Below are positions 17,737 to 26,364 of a DNA stretch of 33,640 nt, piece after piece. The stretch is from Opitutia bacterium. GTDB taxonomy: Bacteria > Verrucomicrobiota > Verrucomicrobiia > Opitutales > T3Sed10-336. Positions within the stretch are counted from its first letter, which is position 1. Each line of letters opens with the position of its first letter. Below the pieces are notes generated by a model that was not told the origin of the DNA, made no database searches, and saw nothing but the letters and a program-made list of their open reading frames with translations. A program made the position numbers and the translations under genes. The DNA lies in assembly GCA_050506795.1 (NCBI GenBank), contig JBJHCF010000025.1, positions 1 to 33,640 of the forward strand, written 5' to 3'.

Positions 17737-18765
17737 CTATTCCCCTGCGTTGCGGGCGAGGCGAAAGCCGTTGGAACTTAACCGGTGGTGCTGATCGAAG
17801 CTAAATCGGCCGGAGACACTGGCTGAACTTGCCCCGCTGTTATATCCCCCGCCTCGGATGCGCTGGGTGGAGTCCTGGGCTGGCCAACACCACTCCCAAA
17901 CATTCCCGCTCATATCATACAGCCCCAACTCGTTCGCCGCCTTCAGTCCGACGGGCCAGGTGCCTCGATCGGCATTATAGGCGCACTCCGCCCCGCCGGA
18001 GTTTTCCACGTACCACCCGACTTCGTCCAGGTCGTCGCTTCCGCTGTAGGTAAATCCCTGGCTCTGGTTGCCCCCCCCTGCCGCGAATTCCCACTCCGCT
18101 TCCTGCGGCAGGCGGTAGCCGTTGGCGGAGAGGTCCTGCGTGATAGGTCTCTCTTCGGTTCGATAGACAGCGCCCCTTTCCGTTCTATAAACCGGCTCCA
18201 ACCCCTCCATCTCGCTCCTGGCGTTGCACCACTTCACTGCATCGTACCAGCTCACAAAACTCACCGGATAATTCGCCTGGCAGGCGTTTCCAATACCGTC
18301 GATATCGTATCCATTGTTCGCCGCCCAAGAACGCACCTCCTGCCACTCGCCCCAAGTGACCGGGAACCGGCCGATGTGGAAGGTGGAGACCACCGTGCCG
18401 TCCAACGAGTTGCTCGTCGATAACGTGCCCCCCGCAACCAGCGCCATGTCTTCGGGCGACGGGCCGGGTTCGTCCTCCCTTTCGATCCGCATGCGGAAAA
18501 AGCCCGATTCCCCAGAAGCTTCCAATATGATCCTGCCGTCCTCTCCGATCATTTCCGGCGTCAACGGAACCGGCGACCACTCCGACAAGTCGTCCGACCG
18601 CTCCAAGCCCAGGCGCACCTCGGATCCCGTCGCCGGTGTTTGAGAAGCGAAAAAAATCGCAATGATCACCAGGAACACCAGGAAGACATCCCGACAACTT
18701 GATGTGATCCAGGAATTGAGACGATGGTGGGACAGGCGGTTGAACTTTTGGTTTGGATCAGTCAT
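17737..18765 (-). CDS. FGE-sulfatase (SUMF1/EgtB/PvdO-like, C-type lectin fold) domain secreted protein, 342 aa
   Basis: PVSFVSWYDA, GYRLPQEAEWEFAA, ANELGLYDMSGNVWEWC, RGGGY, GFRLAR motifs; hydrophobic N-terminal segment followed by LERSDDLSEW..FFRMRIE. Confidence 0.92.
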   Translation of the reverse strand: MTDPNQKFNRLSHHRLNSWITSSCRDVFLVFLVIIAIFFASQTPATGSEVRLGLERSDDLSEWSPVPLTPEMIGEDGRIILEASGESGFFRMRIEREDEPGPSPEDMALVAGGTLSTSNSLDGTVVSTFHIGRFPVTWGEWQEVRSWAANNGYDIDGIGNACQANYPVSFVSWYDAVKWCNARSEMEGLEPVYRTERGAVYRTEERPITQDLSANGYRLPQEAEWEFAAGGGNQSQGFTYSGSDDLDEVGWYVENSGGAECAYNADRGTWPVGLKAANELGLYDMSGNVWEWCWPAQDSTQRIRGGGYNSGASSASVSGRFSFDQHHRLSSNGFRLARNAGE

Positions 18766-18868
18766 TGGGTGAAGCTCCTAGATTGGCAGCGTTGTGCTGA
18801 TTCAGGCAACTATTTACGCACCGCAGAGAGGGGATGAGCGCAGAGGCGTTGCTTGGAATAGCATATTT

Positions 18869-18964
18869 TGCCAGGCAAATAATCGTTGACATCAATTTTC
18901 CCCTGGAGGCCCATGCTCACTGGGAGCGCGGGCATACCTGCCCGCACCGCCCTGCCCGCACCGG
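18869..18964. repeat. Direct repeat copy 2 (19-mer + family B REP) upstream of the FGE gene
   Basis: tgccaggcaaataatcgttgacatc..ccctggaggcccatgctc..gggagcgcgggcatacctgcccgcaccg; followed by hairpin ggccggtggc/gccaccggcc (18963-19009). Confidence 0.85.
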
Positions 18965-19076
18965 CCGGTGGCGTGTCGCCTTCGGGGCAACCGGGAGTTG
19001 CCACCGGCCCAAAGGGCTCTTGGTGCCGAAACGTCGTCAATTCCGCATGGTTATGTTATTTACGAATTCTCTAATA

Positions 19077-19850
19077 CAGTGAAAACTGGGCTCACACGGG
19101 GCACGGAGAATTCAACCGGACGCATCTCCGTGCTCCGTGGCTCCGTGTGAGAACCTCCACCGCATTAGTCCGGGGCTGTGGTTTTAGGTGAATTTGAGAA
19201 AGCAGGGTTAGGGGCCGCATGAAAAAGCATTTCAGATCGAAAATTTGAGATTCTTCGCCAGGAAATACGGATCAAAGCGCGCAAGTAAAAACACAGTGCA
19301 CGACCTCCCTATCAAGGAGGCTTACGGCGTCGGTTTGAGAATGGCGTTTTTTCGACGGATTTTGCAAAACCATGACATATTGAACCCGCCGATGGGGGTA
19401 GAGTGGGTGACAGAACAGGAAACCACTAACACCGGACACCGAAATGAAAACCATCCTCACGACCCTCTGTTTTGCATTCATCACCTCCTCGGCCCTCGCC
19501 GAAACCCCGTCCCTTTCGACGGCGGTGCAACGGGGCCTCTTCGAAGAAGAAGTCAACCGCGACTTCAGCGCCGCCATTCGCGCCTACGAGTCGGCGGTGG
19601 CGGATTTCGACCGCGAACGGAAACTCGCCGCCACCGCCCTCTTCCGCCTCGCCGAAAACTACCGCCGCGCCCAACGAACCGGCGAAGCCGAAGCCTTGTA
19701 CGAACGCGTCTTCCGCGAATTCCACGACATCACCGAACTCGCAAGGCTCGCCGCCGAACGGCTGCCGGAGGAACGCCTCGCCTCGCTGGGACACGAAGGA
19801 GTTGGGGTGGCGATTGACGAGGAAGCGGAGGAGATTGAAAGGCTGAAAGG
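19077..19850 (+). repeat. Segmental duplication copy 1 (REP + upstream region + 5' part of ankyrin gene)
   Basis: Near-identical to about 30882-31920 apart from the MITE, a 7-bp duplication and the flipped REP core; identity decays after about 19770. Confidence 0.93.
19091..19151. repeat. REP/REPIN-like palindrome family A (CTCACACGG..CCGTGTGAG)
   Basis: Inverted arms of ~9-bp CACGGAG units; relatives at 21377, 26603, 30895, 33073-33098, 33181, 33464-33490 and 33573. Confidence 0.9.
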
Positions 19851-20490
19851 CATCCTCGAAAGGAGCCCGGATCAGTTTTACGCCCACGGCGGAATTGGGG
19901 GAAACAGCTTTCTTGAGGCAATGCGGCGGGGGCATATAAGGGTCATGGAGTTCCTGGTCGCCGAGGGATTCGATGTCGTCTCGCCATGGACGTGGGGAGA
20001 TCCTCCATTGCGAAGGGCGATCCATTCCCACAACTGGCCCGCGATAGAGTTTCTCGTGAATAAGGGCGCGGATGTGACCTATCAGTTCCGTGGTTCCGGC
20101 GAGACTCTTCTGCATTTTGCGGCAGAGGAGGGCTTTCTGGCGGCTGCGGAATTGTTCCTGGAGAACGGGGCGGATGTAAACGCGAGGAGTTTAAGTGGTG
20201 ATACGCCATTACATCACGCGAGCCGAGAAGGTTTCTTTCAGGTCGCCCAACTGCTTCTTGAACATGGCGCGGATGTGAATGCCGTGGGCGGAGTAGGCAG
20301 GATGGATGATGTCACACCGCTCCATAGAGCGGTTGGAAACAGGAATCTTCGTCTTGTAGAACTCCTCCTCGAACACGGTGCCGACGTGAACGCACGGGAC
20401 GGCGAGGGTCGAACGGCTGCCGACCTGTTGCCGGACAGTCCGTCGGATCCTTTGGAGCTCAAGATCCTCGAACTCCTTGCACAACGGTAA
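19444..20490 (+). CDS. Secreted TPR-like + ankyrin-repeat protein, 348 aa
   Basis: Signal peptide; AIRAYE..ALFRLAENYRR..AEALYERV TPR-like helices; GETLLHFAA, GDTPLHHAS, VTPLHRAV and GADVNA ankyrin repeats. Confidence 0.92.
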   Translation: MKTILTTLCFAFITSSALAETPSLSTAVQRGLFEEEVNRDFSAAIRAYESAVADFDRERKLAATALFRLAENYRRAQRTGEAEALYERVFREFHDITELARLAAERLPEERLASLGHEGVGVAIDEEAEEIERLKGILERSPDQFYAHGGIGGNSFLEAMRRGHIRVMEFLVAEGFDVVSPWTWGDPPLRRAIHSHNWPAIEFLVNKGADVTYQFRGSGETLLHFAAEEGFLAAAELFLENGADVNARSLSGDTPLHHASREGFFQVAQLLLEHGADVNAVGGVGRMDDVTPLHRAVGNRNLRLVELLLEHGADVNARDGEGRTAADLLPDSPSDPLELKILELLAQR

Positions 20491-20532
20491 CGCTTGCAGC
20501 CGGATAGGTACGGATGGGTTTCAGTTTCAATA

Positions 20533-20985
20533 TTACGTCCGGCTGGGTGGCGGGAGGATGTTTCGGCCGCGCAGACCAAAGTGGCTTGTGGCGTTGAGAA
20601 GATGGCGGTCGCTGGAGTAGATTGTCCGGTATCCGTGTCGTTTGGCACAAAGAAGGTGAAGGGCGTCGGCTCCGCGCAAATAGATTCCACTGTGGAGCGA
20701 CCGAACGGAATCGAATGCGTCTTGAACGAGCGAATCCTCCAATGGAAGCCACAGTAAAAGGCGTTGTTCGGTATCGAGCTCGACTTGCTTCATTCGAACC
20801 TCCAACCCTGCGCGATCAATGGCTTTTTCCCGGAGTTTTCGGTGGAACACGTACGCCAATTCCACTTGGCCGTGCGCGGCGCAGACGACGGATTTCAGGG
20901 GTTCCGCAAGCTTGCGAACCTCTGCTGTCCCCGGTTCGTTCAAGTAAAGTTTCGCGATGTACGCGGTATCAAAATATTTTACCAA
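20533..20985 (-). CDS. vapC: PIN-domain toxin, VapC family
   Basis: YFDTAYIAKLYLNEPG, conserved E, LRGADALHLLCA, SSDRHL; overlaps the antitoxin stop. Confidence 0.92.
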   Translation of the reverse strand: MVKYFDTAYIAKLYLNEPGTAEVRKLAEPLKSVVCAAHGQVELAYVFHRKLREKAIDRAGLEVRMKQVELDTEQRLLLWLPLEDSLVQDAFDSVRSLHSGIYLRGADALHLLCAKRHGYRTIYSSDRHLLNATSHFGLRGRNILPPPSRT

Positions 20986-21257
20986 CTTGAGCCCGGTTCG
21001 CGTTCTTCGGCAACCAATTGAGTGCTATCGCGCCCGCCGATCGATTCAGCGTCAACGTCGGAGAATTCCGGCAATAGTGCACGGTTTTTCCAGGTTCGGG
21101 ATTCAGTCTTTTCGGAATTACCGGTCAAGGGATTGAGTTCCGCCACCGGTTTGCCGTGGTCTGTAATGATAAACCGCTGCTTTTGCCCGGCTTTGCGGAC
21201 ATAATGCCCCGTGCGGGCATGCAACTCGCGAATGGCAATCTCCAAGTCCTTTTCCAT
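20979..21257 (-). CDS. vapB: Phd/YefM-family antitoxin, 92 aa
   Basis: IAIRELHARTGHYVR..IITDHGKPVAEL..DSTQLVAEER; ATG at 21257 is preferred over the longer ORF start. Confidence 0.9.
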   Translation of the reverse strand: MEKDLEIAIRELHARTGHYVRKAGQKQRFIITDHGKPVAELNPLTGNSEKTESRTWKNRALLPEFSDVDAESIGGRDSTQLVAEEREPGSSW

Positions 21258-21264
21258 GAGATTT

Positions 21265-21293
21265 AATGTGTCTCGCGTGACACGGAATGTCAA
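21265..21293 (-). promoter_or_regulatory. Sigma70-like promoter with embedded operator palindrome for vapBC
   Basis: TTGACA (21293-21288), 17 nt, CACATT (21270-21265); palindrome gtgtctcgcgtgacac at 21268-21283. Confidence 0.65.
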
Positions 21294-21376
21294 TGGGCGA
21301 ATTGAATCGCGTCCTCGGTCACCTGGCGGGGGATGAACGGCAAAATGGGAACAATGATCCTGCATGGTGAAGTTTG

Positions 21377-21404
21377 TCACACGGAGTCACGGAGCTCACG
21401 GAGA
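21377..21404. repeat. Single arm of family A REP
   Basis: tcacacggagtcacggagctcacggaga between the two TA loci, with no partner arm nearby. Confidence 0.8.
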
Positions 21405-21444
21405 TTTTCCTTACAGTGATGCCCATCCTTCTGGCTTCATTCGA

Positions 21445-21666
21445 TCAGGAAAGGTCAAGCTCGTCGATCATCCTGGCTGCGAACCGGGGAACAGCTTTTC
21501 CCAGGCGGAGGAGAACGTCTTGTTGATCCAGGTTGCGTTTTGCGGCAATGGCTGCGATGCGACTGGCTACTTGAAGGGGTTCCATTTCGTAGAGTGTTAT
21601 GAGGTAATATTGAGGATGAGTTGCCAGAACGCAGGCATCCAACACAACCTTGAAGTCTGCCTTCAT
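21445..21666 (-). pseudogene. PIN-domain toxin with large in-frame internal deletion, 73 aa
   Basis: N-terminal VVLDACVL joined directly to a C-terminal-type segment THPQYYLITL..L...VPRFA; central catalytic region absent; ATGA overlap with the upstream HTH gene. Confidence 0.75.
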
Positions 21667-22118
21667 TCTTCTCCGGTATAATCGCTGTCATAGCGCCCGG
21701 CGGCTTCAACCTTCCTCGCAAGGTCGTCCAGGGCATGGCGACGCTTGTCGTCACGGTGCTTTTCGAATGACAGCAGATCCCGGAAGCGCACACGTCGATG
21801 GCTGCCGACTTTATGAAATGGAATCTTGCCCTTTTCCAGGAGGTCGACGAGATGTTGGCGAGACATACCGAGGTAGTTGGCCGCTGTTTGGGTGGTGAAA
21901 GTTTCGTCTTCAGGGAGCATGATGATAGCCCTTCCTTCCCACATCAGTCGGAGGATGCGCAACAAGTGCCGGTAGAGGGGCTCCGGCAATTCCGTTCGCT
22001 CTCCGGTTGGACCGATAAGGGCCACGTGACCGGGCTCCGAGAATGCCGCGGCCAGCCGATCCAGCGTTTTCCGGTCGATTACGGAAGGATCCAAGCGATT
22101 CTGTCGAGTGGTAAGCAT
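21663..22118 (-). CDS. Excisionase-like HTH (HTH_17) protein, putative antitoxin, 151 aa
   Basis: ELPEPL..L..M..G..I..TTQTAANYLGMSRQHLVDLLEKGKIPFHKVGSHRRVRFRDLL..R..ALDDL. Confidence 0.9.
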   Translation of the reverse strand: MLTTRQNRLDPSVIDRKTLDRLAAAFSEPGHVALIGPTGERTELPEPLYRHLLRILRLMWEGRAIIMLPEDETFTTQTAANYLGMSRQHLVDLLEKGKIPFHKVGSHRRVRFRDLLSFEKHRDDKRRHALDDLARKVEAAGRYDSDYTGEE

Positions 22119-22153
22119 AAACGGAATATCGCGTATATTCTTAAGTGAGACAA

Positions 22154-22203
22154 GGAAATAGTCGCAATAATCGCAACAGACGCTACAAACGCTATTATGC
22201 GCA
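22154..22203. promoter_or_regulatory. 9-bp-period direct repeats upstream of the HTH gene (putative operator)
   Basis: cgcaataat, cgcaacaga, cgctacaaa, cgctattat at 22163, 22172, 22181, 22190. Confidence 0.5.
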
Positions 22204-22274
22204 GGAACCAGGACTGGGTGAGGGGCGGGGGTCGTTGGGGCGAGGAGGGGATAACACGACGCAACCCTACCGCC

Positions 22275-22595
22275 TCACTCCGCCAGGAGTAAGGCGGTCA
22301 GTTCGGAAAGGCGAGTGGCTTCGGGACGGCCGGAGTACCGGACAACCCCTTCGGTATCGAGAACGACAGCTCTGGGAATTGCGCTCACGCGAAACGCCTC
22401 CACGGCGTCCGAACGAAACCCTCCGGGTCCGGCCCAGAGGTTGAGCGTTTGGTCCCAGCCATTTCGCGCCAGGTGCTCGCGGGCCTCCTCCACCTTGTCG
22501 TCGATACTCAGTGCGATCACGGCAACCCGGCTCTCCCATTCCGGATGGTCCCGCACCACGTCCTGCAACCGGGCCATTGGCACTTGGCAAGGGCC
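22275..22595 (-). pseudogene. 5'-truncated TlpA-like redoxin domain
   Basis: GPCQVPMARLQ..VAVIALSIDD..FRVSAIPRAVVLDTEGVVRYSG; first Cys of CxxC and all upstream sequence missing. Confidence 0.75.
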
Positions 22596-22631
22596 GGCTA
22601 CCGATCCCGCGGTCACGGGATCGGCAGCCGG
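22594..22631. repeat. 16-bp-stem GC-rich hairpin (REP-like or terminator)
   Basis: ccggctaccgatcccg - cggtca - cgggatcggcagccgg (1 mismatch). Confidence 0.8.
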
Positions 22632-22703
22632 ATATTGGAATCTCGTTCTTCGAAGGCTTTCGGCGTAATGTCTATTGCATCGACACGGCCAAGCCCCGCA
22701 TCG

Positions 22704-23195
22704 CTAATTGATCTGCTCCTGCCAGGAGGCCAGGGCGGTTTCGGCGTTGTTGGTGACGTCGCCGCGGCCGTTGCGCGTGATCAGGTTGCCCTCGGAATCG
22801 ATGATGACCAGGGTGGGTATTCCGGAAATGGAATACTTCTCGACGAGGAGCCGAGTCCAGTCTGAGCTGTGCTCGACGGCGAGAAAATCCATCTTATAGT
22901 CGGCCATGTATTTACGCTGGTCTTCCGGGGAGTTGTCGGCGCTGACAAAAACGACTTCGAATTCGTCCTTGTGTTCATTGCGGAACTCGACCAGCGACGG
23001 AGTGAAAGCCCGGCAAGGTCCGCACCAGCCCGCCGAGAAATAGACCCCGATCAGTTTTCCGTCGAGGGTTTCCCGGGCGGCGGGTTCGCCTTTGGCATTT
23101 TCGAGTTCTTCGGGTAGCAGTTCGTCGATCGAGCCGTAGCTGGAGACGGCGAAGGCCCCAACAAGGGCCGCGAGGATAGGTATTCTTATGTTCAT
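22704..23195 (-). CDS. Exported thioredoxin-like protein (tryparedoxin/nucleoredoxin type), 163 aa
   Basis: Signal peptide; GKLIGVYFSAGWCGPCRAFTPSL, FEVVFVSAD, GIPTLVII..G..IT.NGR. Confidence 0.92.
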   Translation of the reverse strand: MNIRIPILAALVGAFAVSSYGSIDELLPEELENAKGEPAARETLDGKLIGVYFSAGWCGPCRAFTPSLVEFRNEHKDEFEVVFVSADNSPEDQRKYMADYKMDFLAVEHSSDWTRLLVEKYSISGIPTLVIIDSEGNLITRNGRGDVTNNAETALASWQEQIN

Positions 23196-23466
23196 TGACT
23201 TTCGGGAGTTTAAGGGTGAGCTTTCTGATTTATTGACGGCCCCGCGGACCGTCTAATCCGATAAACGGGGCTGCCCATCGGGTCGGATCGTGAAGGGAGA
23301 TCTCTTGCACCTCCCGAATGCGTCCATGCCGGAACAAGGCATCGACGATGAGAAGCAAATGTAGCGCAAATTGGCATCGGATCAAGCTTCATGTGCCAAA
23401 GACCGGCCTCTCCCGAAATCGGCTCGCGTTTCGCTCGATTGGCCGAACACTGGCGGAATCCTCCGA

Positions 23467-25980
23467 TCAGTTAAAATCGGCCAGTGAATCGGTTCCTTTC
23501 GGCTGGAGCGTGACTTCGATTTCCGTGGTTTCTCCCGGGGAAAGTTCGAATCGGATGTCTCGGGAGTAGTTTTCCGTTTCGAAGGGCGCTTCGAAATCGG
23601 GATGATTGATCGAAAGGCGACGGGTGAAGGCGGGAATGTTGGTCAGAACCGCGATTCCGTTTTCGTCGGTGACGGCCGAGTAGGACAATACCGGAAGTGA
23701 CGGCAGCGTTCGATACGTCCCTTCGGCAGATGATGATATGGGCAGCGTTCGATACGTCCCTTCGATAGGTGTTGTGATGTGACCGAAGGTTGTATTTCCG
23801 GTCCAGCCTATTCTGTGAACAACTGGGTGGACTTGGACGGTTGCTCCTTCAACGGCCAGGCCGTCATGAGACATTGCGGTCACTTGCAATGTCGAGGTCG
23901 ATTCGGTGGTCACCTCGATCGACGTTATGGGTGAAGACAGGGGAAACGCCTGTGGAACCGCGATTCCCGAAATGCGAGTCAGGGGACTTTCCGAAGCGAA
24001 CCCGTCGCCGTAAACGATGACATCGACCCGACCGGGAGGGACGGAGTCAAAGAGAAAGCTTCCGTCCTCAGCGATCTCCCGGTGGCTTGTCCAAAAGCGC
24101 GGGGATCCGAATTCTTCCGTCAATTCGTCAAGATTTCTCAGGTTATCCGGAGAGAGGCCGGAATCGGGGAATTGGTTTGATCGAACGCTGATGATGACGC
24201 GTCCGTTGGTCACGGGGCGGGGAACGTTATCGTCGATCCTCCCCTCAAGCCGGATGCCGGGCTTCATTTCCAACTCGAACCGGTGATGTTCTCCGGGTTC
24301 GGCGGTGAAGGCAAAGGTATCGCTGTGGACGAACTCTCCAGACGGCAGACGCCCGGAAAGTTGAAGGAGATGTTGCCCGGGCGTCAGTGACGGATACTCA
24401 ATGGTTCCGTTGGCACCGCGGGTCAAGGAAGGGACAATCCGATTCCGGATGCTGAGAGAGGGAGTGAATACGGTCACAGGGTGCCGCTCTTCCCCGAAAT
24501 AAGCCGAGACCTCCACTCGGGTCGCCCGTTCGAGCCGAAGTGGGTCGGCGCTACCATCCACCGGGACACTGTGCCTGCTCGTGCCGAAATCGGGGTGGGA
24601 CACTGAGACGTTAACGCCAACCGTCTCACCCGTGAACCCGTCTTCGTCTCTATAGGGTGCTTCCCGCGGATACTCGATGACCGCGATTCCCGTTGAATTG
24701 GTGGCGACGGTCGGAGCGTTGCTGTGAGCCCGACCAGTTAGCCCGATGTGTCGCACCCCATCCAGCAATGCCTGCAAGCGAACGTACCTCAGTTCGATCA
24801 TCGCGCCTTCGATCGGGTTTCCATCCTGGTCTTGGACGGTGATCGTGACCTGCCCGAGTTCCGGTTCGGCTGGGCGCGGTTGCTCCGCGGACTCTGGCTC
24901 CGCGGCGCTTGTGAATTGAAAACCCGCGGCGCCGAGGAGAAGCGAACCCGTCAGACCGAAGGCGGCGACGGTGTGTCTGCGTTTCCACGCCCCGAGCCCC
25001 TGCCGGCCGAGATGATTCAGGCGGCGGACGATTTGAGAGGTTCCGTTGACGGTGAGCCGGGTTTCGACGGCGGGAGGCGCCGCGAGACGCAGGGTCAGTT
25101 GGGCGAGGGTTTGGGTGTAGGTGCGGCGGTCGTCAAAGCCGGCCGCCGCGATCCGGTCGGCTTCCTGTTCGCAGGCGAGGTTGTGGGCTGAGGGGATTCT
25201 CCACACGAGCGGGTGGAACCAGCAGACGGCCAGCATCCAACGCCAAGCCACGCACCAGAAGGTGTCGCGCCGGAGAACGTGGGCGATTTCGTGCGCGAGC
25301 AGAGCGGATGCTTGTTGTGGCGAAAGTTTCTCCAGGAGCCGTAGCGGAATCAGAATCATCGGCTGGAAAACCCCGCAGACAAAGGGCGATTGAATCGTCC
25401 CCGAAACGCGAACGTTGATCGGTTGCCGAACCCCCATTCTTGCCGCGAAGTCCTTAGCCCGTTCTTCGAGGTCCGGATCGGCGGGGACGCTGTCCTTCCT
25501 GATCCGGGACAGTTGGAGGTGAAGGCGAATCAGACGCACGGCCGCAACGGCGAACCCGGCGGCCCAGAGGCCGAGAAAAACCGTACCCCATGGCAGCGTT
25601 CCGGTGGTCTCGGACGAATTGACGACGGTTGTTGCGGGCGGCGCCGAGGCCCCCGCGCCGCGGCTTTCGGCGGGGGTGATAAATGAAGGCGGGGCGGCTT
25701 GTGCGGAGGCAGTTGCCTTGGACGACTCGCTCAACTCCGAGCGCATTTCAATCGGGGCGGTCCGGGGTTCGACCGGGACTTCGATCACCGGCAGCGGAAG
25801 GAATTGCGCCGCGGGCAGGACGAGCGCGAAGCACAGGGCGCTGCGCCAGAGGATCACCCGCCAACGGGCGTGACGTTGGCGCAGCGCGAGATGGGCGATC
25901 CAGCACAGTCCGAGCAGAGCCGTCCATTGGAGCAGGACCATGGGGACAGGGGAAAGGGGGAGGGCTACGAGTGGGTTCAT
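23467..25980 (-). CDS. BlaR1/MecR1-like M56 peptidase with carboxypeptidase-regulatory-like extracellular domains, 837 aa
   Basis: TM helices; SPFVCGVFQPMILIP, LAHEIAHVLRRD, WFHPLVW, EQEAD; C-terminal VQDQDGNPIEGA and TDENGIA repeats; ATGA overlap with the BlaI-family gene. Confidence 0.92.
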   Translation of the reverse strand: MNPLVALPLSPVPMVLLQWTALLGLCWIAHLALRQRHARWRVILWRSALCFALVLPAAQFLPLPVIEVPVEPRTAPIEMRSELSESSKATASAQAAPPSFITPAESRGAGASAPPATTVVNSSETTGTLPWGTVFLGLWAAGFAVAAVRLIRLHLQLSRIRKDSVPADPDLEERAKDFAARMGVRQPINVRVSGTIQSPFVCGVFQPMILIPLRLLEKLSPQQASALLAHEIAHVLRRDTFWCVAWRWMLAVCWFHPLVWRIPSAHNLACEQEADRIAAAGFDDRRTYTQTLAQLTLRLAAPPAVETRLTVNGTSQIVRRLNHLGRQGLGAWKRRHTVAAFGLTGSLLLGAAGFQFTSAAEPESAEQPRPAEPELGQVTITVQDQDGNPIEGAMIELRYVRLQALLDGVRHIGLTGRAHSNAPTVATNSTGIAVIEYPREAPYRDEDGFTGETVGVNVSVSHPDFGTSRHSVPVDGSADPLRLERATRVEVSAYFGEERHPVTVFTPSLSIRNRIVPSLTRGANGTIEYPSLTPGQHLLQLSGRLPSGEFVHSDTFAFTAEPGEHHRFELEMKPGIRLEGRIDDNVPRPVTNGRVIISVRSNQFPDSGLSPDNLRNLDELTEEFGSPRFWTSHREIAEDGSFLFDSVPPGRVDVIVYGDGFASESPLTRISGIAVPQAFPLSSPITSIEVTTESTSTLQVTAMSHDGLAVEGATVQVHPVVHRIGWTGNTTFGHITTPIEGTYRTLPISSSAEGTYRTLPSLPVLSYSAVTDENGIAVLTNIPAFTRRLSINHPDFEAPFETENYSRDIRFELSPGETTEIEVTLQPKGTDSLADFN

Positions 25981-26363
25981 CGGGATTTCCTTGGCTTCTT
26001 CTTCGGCTTTGGCCCGGCGGACTGCCGGATGGCGTTTAAGTCTTCAGGTTTGATGTCTCCGGTCTCCACCAGTTGCGCCACCAGATCGCGGTGGGAACCC
26101 CCGGCGAACACGCGTGCCAGGGACCGCGTCATTCCCTGGAGAAGTGTGGTCTTGGGAACCCGGGCGGCATAAAAGAAAGCTTTGCCGCGCGGCTTTCGAA
26201 CGGCGTGGCCCTTGTCGACCAGGTTCACCAGGACCGAACGCAAGGTGGCATTCTTGATGGGCCACGAGAAGGCTTCCTGGATCTCGGCGGGCTTCATCTC
26301 ACCTTTTTCCCACAGTATCCGCAGAGCCTCCAATTCGTTTTGATTCAGGGAAAGATCGTCCAT
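25977..26363 (-). CDS. blaI: BlaI/MecI/CopY-family repressor, 128 aa
   Basis: ELEALRILWEKG..ATLRSVLVNLVDKG..GKAFFY..VFAGGS..LVAQLV; ATG 26363 preferred. Confidence 0.92.
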   Translation of the reverse strand: MDDLSLNQNELEALRILWEKGEMKPAEIQEAFSWPIKNATLRSVLVNLVDKGHAVRKPRGKAFFYAARVPKTTLLQGMTRSLARVFAGGSHRDLVAQLVETGDIKPEDLNAIRQSAGPKPKKKPRKSR

Positions 26364-26364
26364 A

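Noticed and set aside
17737..17860. Diversity-generating retroelement variable region in the FGE (C-type lectin fold) gene
   Set aside because: No template repeat or reverse transcriptase seen in the window, and the candidate codons (agt, tta, cag, gca) do not follow the AAC-derived NNC pattern. A remote DGR cannot be excluded.
19245..19817. 190-aa ORF and its twin at 31314..31889
   Set aside because: Alternate-frame Arg/Pro-rich overlap of the ankyrin genes; conserved only because the DNA is duplicated
21663..22118. Prophage/ICE excisionase
   Set aside because: No integrase or phage genes; the architecture and coupling to a PIN gene fit a TA antitoxin
25942..25964. G-run cluster
   Set aside because: Explained by Pro/Leu/Ser codons (ALPLSPVP) of the minus-strand gene
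23467..26363. Beta-lactam resistance locus
   Set aside because: The M56 protein has no penicillin-binding sensor domain and no beta-lactamase is adjacent
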